The notes beneath the pieces were generated by a model. The model saw nothing but the letters and a program-made list of their open reading frames with translations. It did no database searches and was not told the origin of the DNA. A stretch of 64,000 nucleotides of DNA. Origin: Promethearchaeota archaeon (lineage in GTDB: Archaea > Asgardarchaeota > Thorarchaeia > Thorarchaeales > Thorarchaeaceae). The stretch is taken from assembly GCA_014728035.1 (NCBI GenBank), contig WJMJ01000022.1, forward strand, positions 32,001 to 96,000, written 5' to 3'. This document shows, piece by piece, positions 18,916 to 29,175 of this stretch; within the stretch, counting starts at the first letter, position 1, and each line of letters starts with the position of its first letter. The translations under genes were made by a program, and so were the position numbers.

Positions 18916-19995
18916 ATGTTTAGTGAAGAGTTCAGAAGTGGAAAATATGCTGATGCAGTTGTGAAAAAGATTACTCAACTCAGTAATGGTGAAGAGATTC
19001 GGATAGTACATGTCTGCGGTACTCACGAACACACGATCAGTCATCATGGTATTCGATCAATCCTACCTTCTGAAATAGAGCTGATTGCAGGCCCTGGATG
19101 TCCAGTTTGTGTTTGTGCAGCGAGCGATATTGATATGGCCATTGAGCTAGCAAAACAAGGTCATATAATCACTACATTTGGTGATATGATTCGAGTTCCA
19201 TCCACGGAGTCTTCTCTTGCTAAAGAGCGAACTAAAGGCGCAGATGTACGTGTTGTATATGGGCCTAATGATGCTGTAGAGATTGCAAAAAAGAATCCCG
19301 ATAAAGAAGTAGTTTTTATTGGGGTTGGATTCGAAACTACTGCTCCTACTATGGCAATTGAGATTGCTAACAACCCTCCTGACAACTTTTCCATACTGAC
19401 ATCTTTGAAGATTATTCCTCCTGCTATGGAGATTCTTGTAGAAATTGATGACCTTGATGTAGATGGATTCCTGACGCCAGGCCATGTTTCTGCTATCATT
19501 GGAACTGAAGCTTATACTCCTTTGGCTAAGAAGTATAAGATCCCGTGTGTTGCTGCTGGGTTTGAACCATTGGACGTTCTAGAGGGAATTCGTATGCTAT
19601 TAGTTCAGATGCGGGAAGGAAGAGCTGATTCAGAGAATGAGTACACTCGTGTAGTACGTCCCAATGGTAATCCTGTTGCGAAAAAAATTCTTTCAGATGT
19701 ATTCAAAATTGCAGATGCTCCTTGGCGTGGACTCGGAATACTCCCTGACTCTGGACTGTTTCTACGCGAAGAATATGCAAACTATGATGCCAGACTGCGA
19801 TTTGATTTTCCCGAATTCGAGTCCATTGATATCCTTCCAGGCTGTAGATGCCACGAGGTGATTCTTGGGATGACAAACCCATCTGAGTGTGACCTGTATG
19901 GAAAAAGATGTGTGCCTGAGAATCCATATGGTCCGTGTATGGTAGGACATGAAGGTACATGTCGAATAAGATATGAGAGCCAAGGTCTCGAATAA
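18916..19995 (+). CDS. hypD: Hydrogenase maturation protein HypD
   Basis: HVCGTHE; GPGCPVCV; GFETTAP; PGHVS; GPCMV.HEGTC. Confidence 0.97.
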   Translation: MFSEEFRSGKYADAVVKKITQLSNGEEIRIVHVCGTHEHTISHHGIRSILPSEIELIAGPGCPVCVCAASDIDMAIELAKQGHIITTFGDMIRVPSTESSLAKERTKGADVRVVYGPNDAVEIAKKNPDKEVVFIGVGFETTAPTMAIEIANNPPDNFSILTSLKIIPPAMEILVEIDDLDVDGFLTPGHVSAIIGTEAYTPLAKKYKIPCVAAGFEPLDVLEGIRMLLVQMREGRADSENEYTRVVRPNGNPVAKKILSDVFKIADAPWRGLGILPDSGLFLREEYANYDARLRFDFPEFESIDILPGCRCHEVILGMTNPSECDLYGKRCVPENPYGPCMVGHEGTCRIRYESQGLE

Positions 19996-20010
19996 GAAAG
20001 GTTTTACAGA

Positions 20011-20637
20011 CTACTTCCTCTGTTGCATCTTTTTTTCGATTTTCTTGAGGTCTCTTTCAGTGTTAATGTTAACAAAACTATCTAGATTCGGGTCGAATTG
20101 CTTCAGCACCTCTGTAGAAATATAAATCACATTACGAATTCTATCAAGAAGATCGCTCATCTTCAGTTTGCCTTGCTCTTCAAGCTCTAGACCAATACTA
20201 TAGGCATGTTCAGCTTGATATACTGCATGTAGGGGTTCAATGTGTCCTGAAGGCCAAGATGGCACGATTGCACCATGATTTCCAATCATTTCGTAGAGTA
20301 CCTTCAGCATGCTTGGAACTACTAGTGGAGTATCAACTGGAAGTAGCATGACATATCTGGTTTCTGCATATTCGAAAGCAGTAATCGCGCCTGATAATGC
20401 ACTTTTTTCCTTACCTTCTGGATCCATGATTATTCGTACTGATTTGGTCAATTCAGCAATAGCATTTTGCTGCGATTCCTCAGACACGATAATTATGATA
20501 TTGTCACAAACCATTCTTGCAATTTCTAGCATGTGTAGAATCAATGGTTTACCCTGTAGATGGGCCAGTGCCTTTTCAGTTCTAAATCTTGAAGAGTTTC
20601 CTCCAGCTAAAATTGCAACTGTTAGATCTTCATTCAT
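20011..20637 (-). CDS. mobA: Molybdenum cofactor guanylyltransferase
   Basis: ILAGG.SSRF..EKA; PVDTP; EPLHAVY; FVNINT. Confidence 0.92.
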   Translation of the reverse strand: MNEDLTVAILAGGNSSRFRTEKALAHLQGKPLILHMLEIARMVCDNIIIIVSEESQQNAIAELTKSVRIIMDPEGKEKSALSGAITAFEYAETRYVMLLPVDTPLVVPSMLKVLYEMIGNHGAIVPSWPSGHIEPLHAVYQAEHAYSIGLELEEQGKLKMSDLLDRIRNVIYISTEVLKQFDPNLDSFVNINTERDLKKIEKKMQQRK

Positions 20638-20719
20638 GAGTCATCACATACTTTACGCTTTGGCTGAAGTGACTGGGAAAAATGTATTGAATAGACCAGG
20701 CAAATCTGGTCTACTCGAA

Positions 20720-22693
20720 TCACTGTTCTTGTGCTGACAGGTATTCAGTTATCATTGCAGCAATCTGCCCATCTGTATAGTGTTGTGAACGAATTGCACC
20801 ACTGGCACAGGTGGATGTACAAGTTCCGCAACCCTTGCATTGTGCTGGATTTACTTGTGCTTTTCCTCGTTCATTTATTGTGACTGCATTGTATGGGCAT
20901 ACCGATACACAGACCTGACACCCTGCGCATTTTTCTTCATCAACGACCGAATAGTAGGGTTCTACAGTAATTTTACCCTTACCCATGAGCGCCATTGCTC
21001 CTGCAGCGGCTGCCTTAGCCTGTGCTACTGTGTCAGGGATATCTTTGGGCCCTTGTGCCATTCCTGCGACAAAAACCCCATCATTAAAGCTATCCACAGG
21101 TCGTAGTTTTGGATGAGCTTCCATGAGGAATCCATCTGGTGAAATGCTGAGATTGAGGATTTTTCCAATCTTTTTGGCGTTGACCGAGGGGACAACTCCG
21201 GTTGACAGAACCACAAGGTCCACTTTTTCTAGTTCAATTGGCTTTGATAGTAGTGTGTCTTCTCCTCGAACAATTAGTTTCTTGGTCTTTTCATCTTCCA
21301 ATATTTGACCAACACGGCCTCGGATGAAAGTAACCCCCGCAGCTGCTGTTGACTCGTAGAACTCTTCGTATCCCTTTCCAAAAGTTCGAAGGTCGATATA
21401 GAATAACCAAATCTCCGCACCGGTCTTATCTCGAATCATCCTTGCTTGTTTTATTGCGGTCATACAACAAACACGAGAACAATATCTGTTGGTTCGTTCG
21501 TCTCTACTACCAACACATTGGATATATACGATCTTCTTTGGTTCTTGTAGGTCGGAAGGTCTGACTACATGCCCCTGTGTTGGTCCTGCAGCATTGAGCA
21601 TTCGTTCAATCTCACCGATATTGACAACATTGAGGAACTCTCCATAGCCATATTCTTCTTTAAGACAGGCATCAAAGAGGTCAAATCCAGTAGCTACGAT
21701 AATTGTTCCGACTTCAAGCTCAATAGTTTTCTCTCTATCATCATAATTGATTGCTTGGGCCTCACACGCATCCTTGCATTTACCACAACGTACAGCATCA
21801 ACACCAAGACAGTTATCCATATCTAGTAAATATGCTGAAGGTACTGCTTGTGCAAATGGAATATATATCGCTTTTCTATAGCCTAGATTCGCATCAAATT
21901 CTGCTGGAATATCGACCGGGCATATATCTGAACAATCTCCACAAGAAGTACATGTTTCAACATCTACATACCTTGGTTTTTGTTTTAAAGTAACTGTGAA
22001 ATTCCCCACATATCCATCTACATTCTCAACTTCCGCCATAGTTAGCAGCTCGATGTTAGGATGACTTCCAACTTCAGCCATCCTTGGTGTTAGAATACAA
22101 CTAGAACAGTCCAGTGTTGGAAATGTCTTGTCCCACTGGCTCATTTTTCCGCCAATGCTTGGTTCTTTTTCCACCATGTAAACTTTGAATCCTGCATTTG
22201 CAAGGTCTAAAGCTGCTGAAATACCCGCAATTCCTGCACCAACGATAAGAGTGCTTTTCTTTATGTCAACAACTGGTTCGTCAAGAGCCTCTAGAAGCCG
22301 AGCTCGTGCGATAGCCATCTTAACTAGATCGATTGCTTTCTCTGTGGCAGCTTCAGGCTCATTAGAATGAATCCATGAATCATGCTCACGAAGGTTGGCT
22401 ATTTCGAGTAGGAATGGATTGAGTCCTGCTTCGCGCATAGTTTGCCGGAATGTTATTTCGTGCATTCGGGGAGAACATGCTCCAATCACAATTCTATCAA
22501 GTCTGTGTTCGTTAATACGGTCTTTGACGATTTGTTGACCAGGTTTCGAACAGACATATTTGTAATCTTCAACATGAGCTACGCCAGGTATATCCTTGAT
22601 CGCATCGATAACGGTTTCAATATCGACTACACCAGCTATGTTACTTCCGCAATGGCAGAGGAATACTCCAATCCGTTTTTCTACAACAGACAT
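20720..22693 (-). CDS. hdrA: Heterodisulfide reductase subunit A-like flavo/Fe-S protein
   Basis: GVFLCHCG.NI; ACSPRMHE; GAGIAG; KTFPTLDC; QCVGSRD; CSRVCC; ferredoxin domains; ATG 22693 (GTG 22702). Confidence 0.96.
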   Translation of the reverse strand: MSVVEKRIGVFLCHCGSNIAGVVDIETVIDAIKDIPGVAHVEDYKYVCSKPGQQIVKDRINEHRLDRIVIGACSPRMHEITFRQTMREAGLNPFLLEIANLREHDSWIHSNEPEAATEKAIDLVKMAIARARLLEALDEPVVDIKKSTLIVGAGIAGISAALDLANAGFKVYMVEKEPSIGGKMSQWDKTFPTLDCSSCILTPRMAEVGSHPNIELLTMAEVENVDGYVGNFTVTLKQKPRYVDVETCTSCGDCSDICPVDIPAEFDANLGYRKAIYIPFAQAVPSAYLLDMDNCLGVDAVRCGKCKDACEAQAINYDDREKTIELEVGTIIVATGFDLFDACLKEEYGYGEFLNVVNIGEIERMLNAAGPTQGHVVRPSDLQEPKKIVYIQCVGSRDERTNRYCSRVCCMTAIKQARMIRDKTGAEIWLFYIDLRTFGKGYEEFYESTAAAGVTFIRGRVGQILEDEKTKKLIVRGEDTLLSKPIELEKVDLVVLSTGVVPSVNAKKIGKILNLSISPDGFLMEAHPKLRPVDSFNDGVFVAGMAQGPKDIPDTVAQAKAAAAGAMALMGKGKITVEPYYSVVDEEKCAGCQVCVSVCPYNAVTINERGKAQVNPAQCKGCGTCTSTCASGAIRSQHYTDGQIAAMITEYLSAQEQ

Positions 22694-22886
22694 TTTTTTC
22701 ACTCCAGTCTATGAACATCGTGGGGAGACGTTCAATGTGGATTGCCTTGACATTTTTGTCTAAGACACTCGTGCCTCGATTGGATTAGGGTAATAAAGCA
22801 TTGTGCTTTGTGGTAAAGAATTGTTTAACAAATGTGAATTTAGCCTAGTTCAGAAGCTTTAGTTGTGTGTGAAATAATGCACATTT

Positions 22887-23504
22887 ATGTTCGAAATACA
22901 AGTTGTAGGCCCTACAATTACTATTCTTGCTTTGGTCAACGTATTTGTTCATCTCTATGAAGACCTCAAGATGCTTCGGCATAAAGATGCTGCAGTCTTT
23001 ACTGAACCTTCAGCTAGAGTTCCATCTGGTCCAATGGCTGCGACGATTATTTCGACTTTACTCGCCTTTGGCATCATTTTAGTTATTATGCTCGAGTATC
23101 TGCTAAACCTGAATAGCACACTTTTTGCACTGTTCATTCTCCTTGGAGACTCTCCGGTTTTTATCTGGCCTGTTGGATTTGGGTTGGTGATTCTTGGTAT
23201 CATACTTCATGTATGGTCTCGCTATGTTCGACAAGATATGGCTGCATCCTGGGCGATGAGCAGAAAACATATTCTAGTCACACGTGGTCCCTATTCTCGA
23301 ATTCGCCATCCATCCTATTCTGCGTATATGATGTGTTTTATTGGACTGTTTCTCCTAATCCCATCAGTACTTACTCTAATCTTGTTACTTGGACTGTATG
23401 GTTATCGGGAGATAGCAATAATCGAGGAATCTATGCTTCTTGACCACTTTGGAGAGCAATATGGCTATTATATGACTCGAACTGGTCGTTTTCTTCCATT
23501 CTGA
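22887..23504 (+). CDS. Isoprenylcysteine carboxylmethyltransferase (ICMT/PEMT) family membrane protein
   Basis: LVTRGPYSRIRHPSY; EE..L..FG.QY..Y..TGRFLP. Confidence 0.85.
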   Translation: MFEIQVVGPTITILALVNVFVHLYEDLKMLRHKDAAVFTEPSARVPSGPMAATIISTLLAFGIILVIMLEYLLNLNSTLFALFILLGDSPVFIWPVGFGLVILGIILHVWSRYVRQDMAASWAMSRKHILVTRGPYSRIRHPSYSAYMMCFIGLFLLIPSVLTLILLLGLYGYREIAIIEESMLLDHFGEQYGYYMTRTGRFLPF

Positions 23505-23598
23505 TTGGATAAACTTACAGATTCCGATGATTAACAGTAACACCAAAACCGTAAAAAGCAGTGCATAATCTTCGACCATTACTCTTGGAGGCAAACTT

Positions 23599-24372
23599 AT
23601 GCCCGGAAAGGTCTGGACCTATATCAAAGAGAAGCTTGAGAGAGAAGGTGCTTTGCACTTTTCACTGTTGGATCCTGATCCACTCAAGATAACCAAGGAT
23701 GACATTGTTGAATTGGCTCAACTTGCTGAAAAGGCTGGTACTGATGCAATCATGATTGGTGGAAGTACGGTCTTGGGCTATATCGATGAATATGTTCAGG
23801 CGATAACAGAAGCGGTTGATATTCCGACTATTCTATTTCCTGGAAATGTAAGTGGTGTTTCCGAATATGCTGATGCTATGTTCTTCATGAGCCTTTTGAA
23901 CAGCACCAATCCCTATTGGATTATTGGGGCACAAGCTTTGGGTGCTGCAAAGGTTAAACTAACTGGGATTGAAACCATTGCAATGGCCTACCTTCTTGTT
24001 GAACCCGGAAAAACAGCAGCATGGGTTGGCGATGCAAAGGTATTCCCCCGTGAAAAACCAAAGATTCCTGTTATGTATGCGCTTGCTGCAGAGTTCTTGG
24101 GATTCCGCCTAGTTTACTTAGAGGCAGGTAGCGGTGCCGAAGGTGGGGGTGTTCCCTCTGAGATGATATCTCTGGTTTCTCAGTTTTGTGACATTCCTGT
24201 CATTACTGGTGGTGGATTTAACTCCGCAGAAGACGTTGTAAGAGGTGTTGAAGCTGGAGCCTCTATTGTTGTTCAAGGAACATATATTGAAGAACAAGTG
24301 AAAGCTGATGAAGGTGCAGAATTGAAGAAAATCATCGATGCACTTAAGGAAGCTGGCGCCAAGAGAGTTTAA
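23599..24372 (+). CDS. Geranylgeranylglyceryl phosphate synthase
   Basis: LLDPD; IMIGGS; LFPG; SLLNS.NP.WI; YLEAGSGA. Confidence 0.95.
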   Translation: MPGKVWTYIKEKLEREGALHFSLLDPDPLKITKDDIVELAQLAEKAGTDAIMIGGSTVLGYIDEYVQAITEAVDIPTILFPGNVSGVSEYADAMFFMSLLNSTNPYWIIGAQALGAAKVKLTGIETIAMAYLLVEPGKTAAWVGDAKVFPREKPKIPVMYALAAEFLGFRLVYLEAGSGAEGGGVPSEMISLVSQFCDIPVITGGGFNSAEDVVRGVEAGASIVVQGTYIEEQVKADEGAELKKIIDALKEAGAKRV

Positions 24373-24421
24373 ATAGATGGATGAGTCTTTCTCCAGATGA
24401 GTTAAGGGAGGACAAGATGTT

Positions 24422-24811
24422 TTGTCAAGTAAGACCGAATTGCTGAATGAGCTCCTTGAGGACCTTAGTAAAGCCTCCCAAGGCAATGTACAAGCTAGCC
24501 TAATTATATCGAGGTCTCAAGGGCTTACGATATGTGCCCACTTCCCAGGGAATGGTGATGGTGAGCTACCTGGAGAAGATGTCATTGCTGGAAGATCTAC
24601 CCAAATTCATATGGCTACGAACAAGGTATTCAACCAATTAAAGCGGGGTAATTTATTCAGAATTCTTGTAGAAGGTGATTCTGGATATGTTATCATATGT
24701 GATGCGGGTGATGAAGCTTTGCTTGCCGTTTTGACCAATAAAAAAGTTAACCTTGGTTATTTGTTCTTCATGATGAGCCGTGTATCCCGGAGAATCGAGA
24801 ATATCGTGTGA
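24422..24811 (+). CDS. Roadblock/LC7 (LAMTOR2-like) domain protein
   Basis: IISRSQGLTI; LKRGNL.RILVEGDSGYVII..AG..ALLAVL..VNLG. Confidence 0.9.
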   Translation: MSSKTELLNELLEDLSKASQGNVQASLIISRSQGLTICAHFPGNGDGELPGEDVIAGRSTQIHMATNKVFNQLKRGNLFRILVEGDSGYVIICDAGDEALLAVLTNKKVNLGYLFFMMSRVSRRIENIV

Positions 24812-24871
24812 ACAAATACACTCCGTCACTCTTTTATTCGAACGTTTCAGTTCAAGTACTGTTAGTATCTG

Positions 24872-25819
24872 GTGAGTATAATGTCCGATGAGAAACCATC
24901 TGAAACAGTTGATTCGGAAGAACCTGAAACAGAGGATATTTGGGATAAATGGCGTCGTGCTGGTGTGGTAGCTCGTGAAGCACTAAAGATTGCAAAACCA
25001 ATGGTTAAACCAGGTACAAAGGTGCTTGATATTGTCGAAGCAGTTGAGTCATATATCATAGAGAACTCGTCTGGTTGTTCATTTCCTTGTAATGTTGCGT
25101 TAAATAATATTGCAGCCCATTACACCTCCCCACTTAATGATGAGACTATTATTGCTGAGGGTGATTTGGTCACAATTGATTGCGGAGCACATATCGATGG
25201 GTGCATATCCGATAGCGCAATCACAATAGCTTTGAATCCTGACCATGAGGCTTTAGTCAAGGCATCTCGCGATGCAACAAATGTTGCTATTCGTATGCTC
25301 AGACCCGGTGCCAAACTCAATACTATTGGTGCATTAATAGAGGACACCATTAAGAGTGCAGGATTTGAACCTGTGAAACAACTTACTGGTCACCAGTTAC
25401 AAGAATACGAACTTCATAGTGACAAACAAATTCCCTGTGTGGCTGGAAAGTCCGAAGTCCTTGTTGAGGAAGGCGAGGTATATGCAGTTGAAACTTTTGC
25501 AAGTACTGGGTCTGGTAATGTATCGGATCTTCCCAATCCGGTAATTTATCAACTTCTTCCAATTCGCGTGCCAGTTCGATTCAGAGGAAGTAGGCAGTTT
25601 CTCTCGATTGCTAGAAAGAATTATGGTGAATTTCCATTTGCAGAACGTTGGCTTGCAAAAGAGATGAAGCATGCTACTCTCAAGATGGCAGAACGCGAAT
25701 TGAAAAAGAATGGCGCACTCATCGCACATCACATTCTGGCTGAGGAAAAAGAAGAATTTGTTTCACAGAGTGAACATACGGTTATCATCACTGAAGACGG
25801 TCATGAAAAGACTACTTAG
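24872..25819 (+). CDS. map: Methionine aminopeptidase type II
   Basis: FPCN..AAHYT; DCGAHIDG.ISDSA; LTGH; AVETF; QSEHTV. Confidence 0.96.
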   Translation: MSIMSDEKPSETVDSEEPETEDIWDKWRRAGVVAREALKIAKPMVKPGTKVLDIVEAVESYIIENSSGCSFPCNVALNNIAAHYTSPLNDETIIAEGDLVTIDCGAHIDGCISDSAITIALNPDHEALVKASRDATNVAIRMLRPGAKLNTIGALIEDTIKSAGFEPVKQLTGHQLQEYELHSDKQIPCVAGKSEVLVEEGEVYAVETFASTGSGNVSDLPNPVIYQLLPIRVPVRFRGSRQFLSIARKNYGEFPFAERWLAKEMKHATLKMAERELKKNGALIAHHILAEEKEEFVSQSEHTVIITEDGHEKTT

Positions 25820-26004
25820 GGGAAATAACTCTCCACAACAGCTTTCCAACCGTCATATCAGTTCCATATTGAGATATTCGGCATCCCAGAAGTATTAAAT
25901 GCGTTTTTTCCCTAAAATAGGGTGTGTGGTTCCGGAGAGAAACCTCGAAACTGATTGTGTGCCATAATCATTGACTGCATTGTACACCGGTACCTGCTTG
26001 TGGA

Positions 26005-26991
26005 GTGGAGAAATTGGATCAGATGAAAGGCGCAGTTAATTCAACAGGCGCTCCAGAAAGTGAAAGTGCCGAGACCCTAACATGTCCAGAGTGTGGATCA
26101 ACAGCTGTTGTAGAAGATACTACTCGAGGAGAGCGAGCATGTGAGAATTGTGGACTAGTTCTGTCAGACCATAGGATTGATACTGGTGCTGAATGGCGCG
26201 CATTCAGTGCTGAAGAGTCCGAGTCACGTAGTCGGGTGGGAGCCCCCATGCGGTATACAGTACATGATAAAGGACTTTCTACCGTTATTGATTGGAGAGA
26301 TAGAGACACCTCTGGAAAGAAACTTAGTCCAACACGAAGATCACAGATCTATCGTCTCAGAAAATGGCAGATTAGATCTCGAGTACATAGTTCTATTGAT
26401 CGTAATCTGGCTCAGGCTATGTCTGAGCTTGAACGTTTGGCATCTCAACTTGGCATCCCAAAACCAATTCGTGAACAATCTGCTTTATTGTATAGAAAAG
26501 CAGTTCAGAAGAATCTTGTCCGAGGACGCTCTATCGAGGCGATGGTTGCTGCAACACTATATGCTGCATGTCGAATCAGACAGAAACCACGTCCCCTTGA
26601 TGAAGTAGCTGACGCATCCAGAATTGATAGGAAGAAATTAGGACAGTGTTATCGTCTTCTTCTTCGAAGTCTTAAAGTCAAAATCCCTCTCTCGAATCCT
26701 GTAGATTATATTTCTCGATTTACTTCCCAGTTGGAACTATCTAGTTCCGTACAATTACGAACAATTGAAATCCTACAACGGAGTCGGGACATTGGTCTGA
26801 CAATCGGCCGGGACCCATTAGGTCTCGCAGCTGCAGCTATCTATGTTGCTTCTATTATGCTCGATGAACGGAGAACTCAACGTGAGATTGCAGAAGTCGC
26901 TAGAGTTACTGAAGTCACTGTAAGGAATCGCTACAAAGAAATTGTTAAGCGCCTCGACATTAATAGTATGGGACTTCCTAGTTCACACTAA
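26005..26991 (+). CDS. tfb: Transcription initiation factor IIB (most canonical copy)
   Basis: CPECG..CENCG Zn ribbon; EWRAF; HDKGLST; RLRKWQ; GRSIE; TQREIA..VTEVTVRNRY. Confidence 0.97.
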   Translation: MEKLDQMKGAVNSTGAPESESAETLTCPECGSTAVVEDTTRGERACENCGLVLSDHRIDTGAEWRAFSAEESESRSRVGAPMRYTVHDKGLSTVIDWRDRDTSGKKLSPTRRSQIYRLRKWQIRSRVHSSIDRNLAQAMSELERLASQLGIPKPIREQSALLYRKAVQKNLVRGRSIEAMVAATLYAACRIRQKPRPLDEVADASRIDRKKLGQCYRLLLRSLKVKIPLSNPVDYISRFTSQLELSSSVQLRTIEILQRSRDIGLTIGRDPLGLAAAAIYVASIMLDERRTQREIAEVARVTEVTVRNRYKEIVKRLDINSMGLPSSH

Positions 26992-27051
26992 TAGGATGTC
27001 AAATATAGTAAGATGTACCTAGATTAGACTGGTATGATAGTCTGGTTCAGG

Positions 27052-27390
27052 TCATCTTCTGCCACCTTTGAATCCCCAGTCAATTGCAATTTGCTCTTCA
27101 GGGAATCCCAGTTTGCCAAGTACTTTGCCAATTGTACCTCGATGATCACCTTGAAGTTCAATATGGCCATGTTTGGCTGCTCCGCCACATGCAAGTTTGG
27201 ACTTGAGCTTAGAAGCGAGGTCGCTAAGGTCTATATTCTTATCAAAACCTTCAACGACTGTATACATTCTGCCCCATTTTCGGCGTTCGACAGTTACCGT
27301 AATTCGGGCCTCTTCTTGTGCGATTGTTTCGCAGACACAAAGGTCTACTGGCAATCCGCAATTTGGACATATTCCGCCTTCGTCTGACAG
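27052..27390 (-). CDS. Translation initiation factor aIF1 (SUI1); probable CUG start
   Basis: ICPNCGLPVDLCVC; LKSKLACGG; IELQGDH; in-frame TGA at 27394-27396 with no ATG/GTG/TTG before the conserved CPNC motif. Confidence 0.93.
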   Translation of the reverse strand: MSDEGGICPNCGLPVDLCVCETIAQEEARITVTVERRKWGRMYTVVEGFDKNIDLSDLASKLKSKLACGGAAKHGHIELQGDHRGTIGKVLGKLGFPEEQIAIDWGFKGGRR

Positions 27391-27526
27391 ATTTCACTTA
27401 CTCCTGATATTTTCTATTAGCTAAAGCTGTAATCTGTATTGTAATTATATCTTTAATAAGTTCCGTCTTGGTATATCCGTTCCATTTGAAAAGAGTAAAG
27501 AATGACTATGCAAGGAAGCACTTTCC

Positions 27527-29110
27527 ATGACAGATTCAGTTCTGATTATTGATGCATTGAGTGCTGGTACCGGACATCGCACTAGTTCTCGGGATTCTAT
27601 TGGGTGTGGACCTAGAACAATTGCAGGTGTATTTGAACTGCATAACTTCTCATGTAATATTAGTCGTATAGAAGAAGTACTCACTAAGAAAGGAGCTGCA
27701 CGAGGATTTGAACATCTTGCAATCAGTGCTATGTCTATGGACCTCCCGGTCGTAAAGCAAGCGACTAAGATGTGGCGACGTACCCGCCCCAAGGGAAAGG
27801 TTCTCTTAGGTGGCCCGATTGCAGCTGCACCACGAACTATTCTTTCTGAGATTCGTCCTGATGTGCTTATACTTGGTGAGGGGGAGGCCACACTGGAACA
27901 CCTAATCAAGTCCGATTTCTTTGAAACTTCTATAGATCTTTCTGAGATTCCTGGTATAGCGTTTACTCATCACTCGGATGTTATAATTACTCCCAAAAGA
28001 CCTACAATTTCAGAAGAACACTTATCCGATTATTTTCAACCTTCTACTATCCGTATTATGGACTATCCCGGATATCAAGCAAGCCGAGTGTATGTTGAGG
28101 TTCTTAGAGGATGTTCCAACTTTCAACGAACAAAAATCAGACTGCCTGATGGTCGGTCATGTACTGATTGTGGTTCTTGTGATTCTATCGACCCCTCTAC
28201 TCGTTTGGACTGTCCTGAAGATATCCCTCCTGGCTGTGGTTTTTGTAGTGTTCCAACGACCTGGGGGGCTCCTCGGAGCAGAAGCGAGGCTGCCATCGTT
28301 CGTGAAATTCAGAGTTTGTTGGACCTAGAAGTTCACCGAATCGTGTTAGAAGCTCCTGGTTTCTTAGATTATCAAAGAGGCCCCTATCCCTTAACTACCC
28401 CCTGTTCACCTTCTGCTAATATTGAAGCCGTTTCATCACTTCTATCCAAGATCAAATCGCTACCACAAATGCAAGATGGAACCGCTCATCTATCAATAGA
28501 GAATATCAAGGCTTGTTTATTCACCGAATCAGTTGCTGAGACGTTCTCTAGATTTTTACCCGGAAACACTCCTAATATTGGAATGGAATCGGGGTCAGAA
28601 AGTCATGCTCGTGCTATTGGCAAATGCAGTTCTCCTCAAGATGTTCTGAAAGCTGTGAGGATAGCTAAGAAGCACAATCTTGATCCTTTTGTATACTTGA
28701 TCTACGGATTACCTGGTGAGGACTTTCTAACAATAAAGAAGAGCATTGAGATGGTTGAAGAGTTGACCGATATCGGTGTGGAACGTATAATTCTCTATGG
28801 ATTCAGACCTCTTCCTGGATCCGCTTTTGCAGATTTTGAACCTCCATTACATGATAGTCCTATGATTACAAAACTGAAAAAAGCGGTACGTACGGCTAAC
28901 AGAGACCGTAAGTTCACATATCTGGGCCGTGTAATCAAATCTATTGCAGCTGAACCCTCAAAGACTCATTCTGGGTATACCATGTTTTATCCTCTCCAAG
29001 AAGGACCACTAATTACTGCGCAAGGTGGATATTCTGCGGGGACTCTTGTCAACATTGAGATAACCGAAGTACTCAGTGATGGTCTGGTTCGGGGCGAGGT
29101 TGTGAAATAG
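27527..29110 (+). CDS. B12-binding-domain radical SAM protein with C-terminal TRAM-like domain
   Basis: LLGGP; GEGE; EVLRGC...GCGFC; GMESG; YGLPGE; PLPGS. Confidence 0.88.
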   Translation: MTDSVLIIDALSAGTGHRTSSRDSIGCGPRTIAGVFELHNFSCNISRIEEVLTKKGAARGFEHLAISAMSMDLPVVKQATKMWRRTRPKGKVLLGGPIAAAPRTILSEIRPDVLILGEGEATLEHLIKSDFFETSIDLSEIPGIAFTHHSDVIITPKRPTISEEHLSDYFQPSTIRIMDYPGYQASRVYVEVLRGCSNFQRTKIRLPDGRSCTDCGSCDSIDPSTRLDCPEDIPPGCGFCSVPTTWGAPRSRSEAAIVREIQSLLDLEVHRIVLEAPGFLDYQRGPYPLTTPCSPSANIEAVSSLLSKIKSLPQMQDGTAHLSIENIKACLFTESVAETFSRFLPGNTPNIGMESGSESHARAIGKCSSPQDVLKAVRIAKKHNLDPFVYLIYGLPGEDFLTIKKSIEMVEELTDIGVERIILYGFRPLPGSAFADFEPPLHDSPMITKLKKAVRTANRDRKFTYLGRVIKSIAAEPSKTHSGYTMFYPLQEGPLITAQGGYSAGTLVNIEITEVLSDGLVRGEVVK

Positions 29111-29175
29111 GTCTACAATGGCCTGAAGAAAAGCTTCATATGCACTCCAGACAGACTTTGAGCTGGTGCTTAGAA

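Noticed and set aside
20720-22693. HdrA as a selenoprotein
   Set aside because: Uninterrupted ORF with Cys in TLDCSSC; no in-frame UGA
23385-23594. Minus-strand ORF with hydrophobic stretch ALLFTVLVLLLIIG
   Set aside because: Overlaps the ICMT gene end and the GGGPS promoter; hydrophobicity follows from A-rich plus-strand sequence
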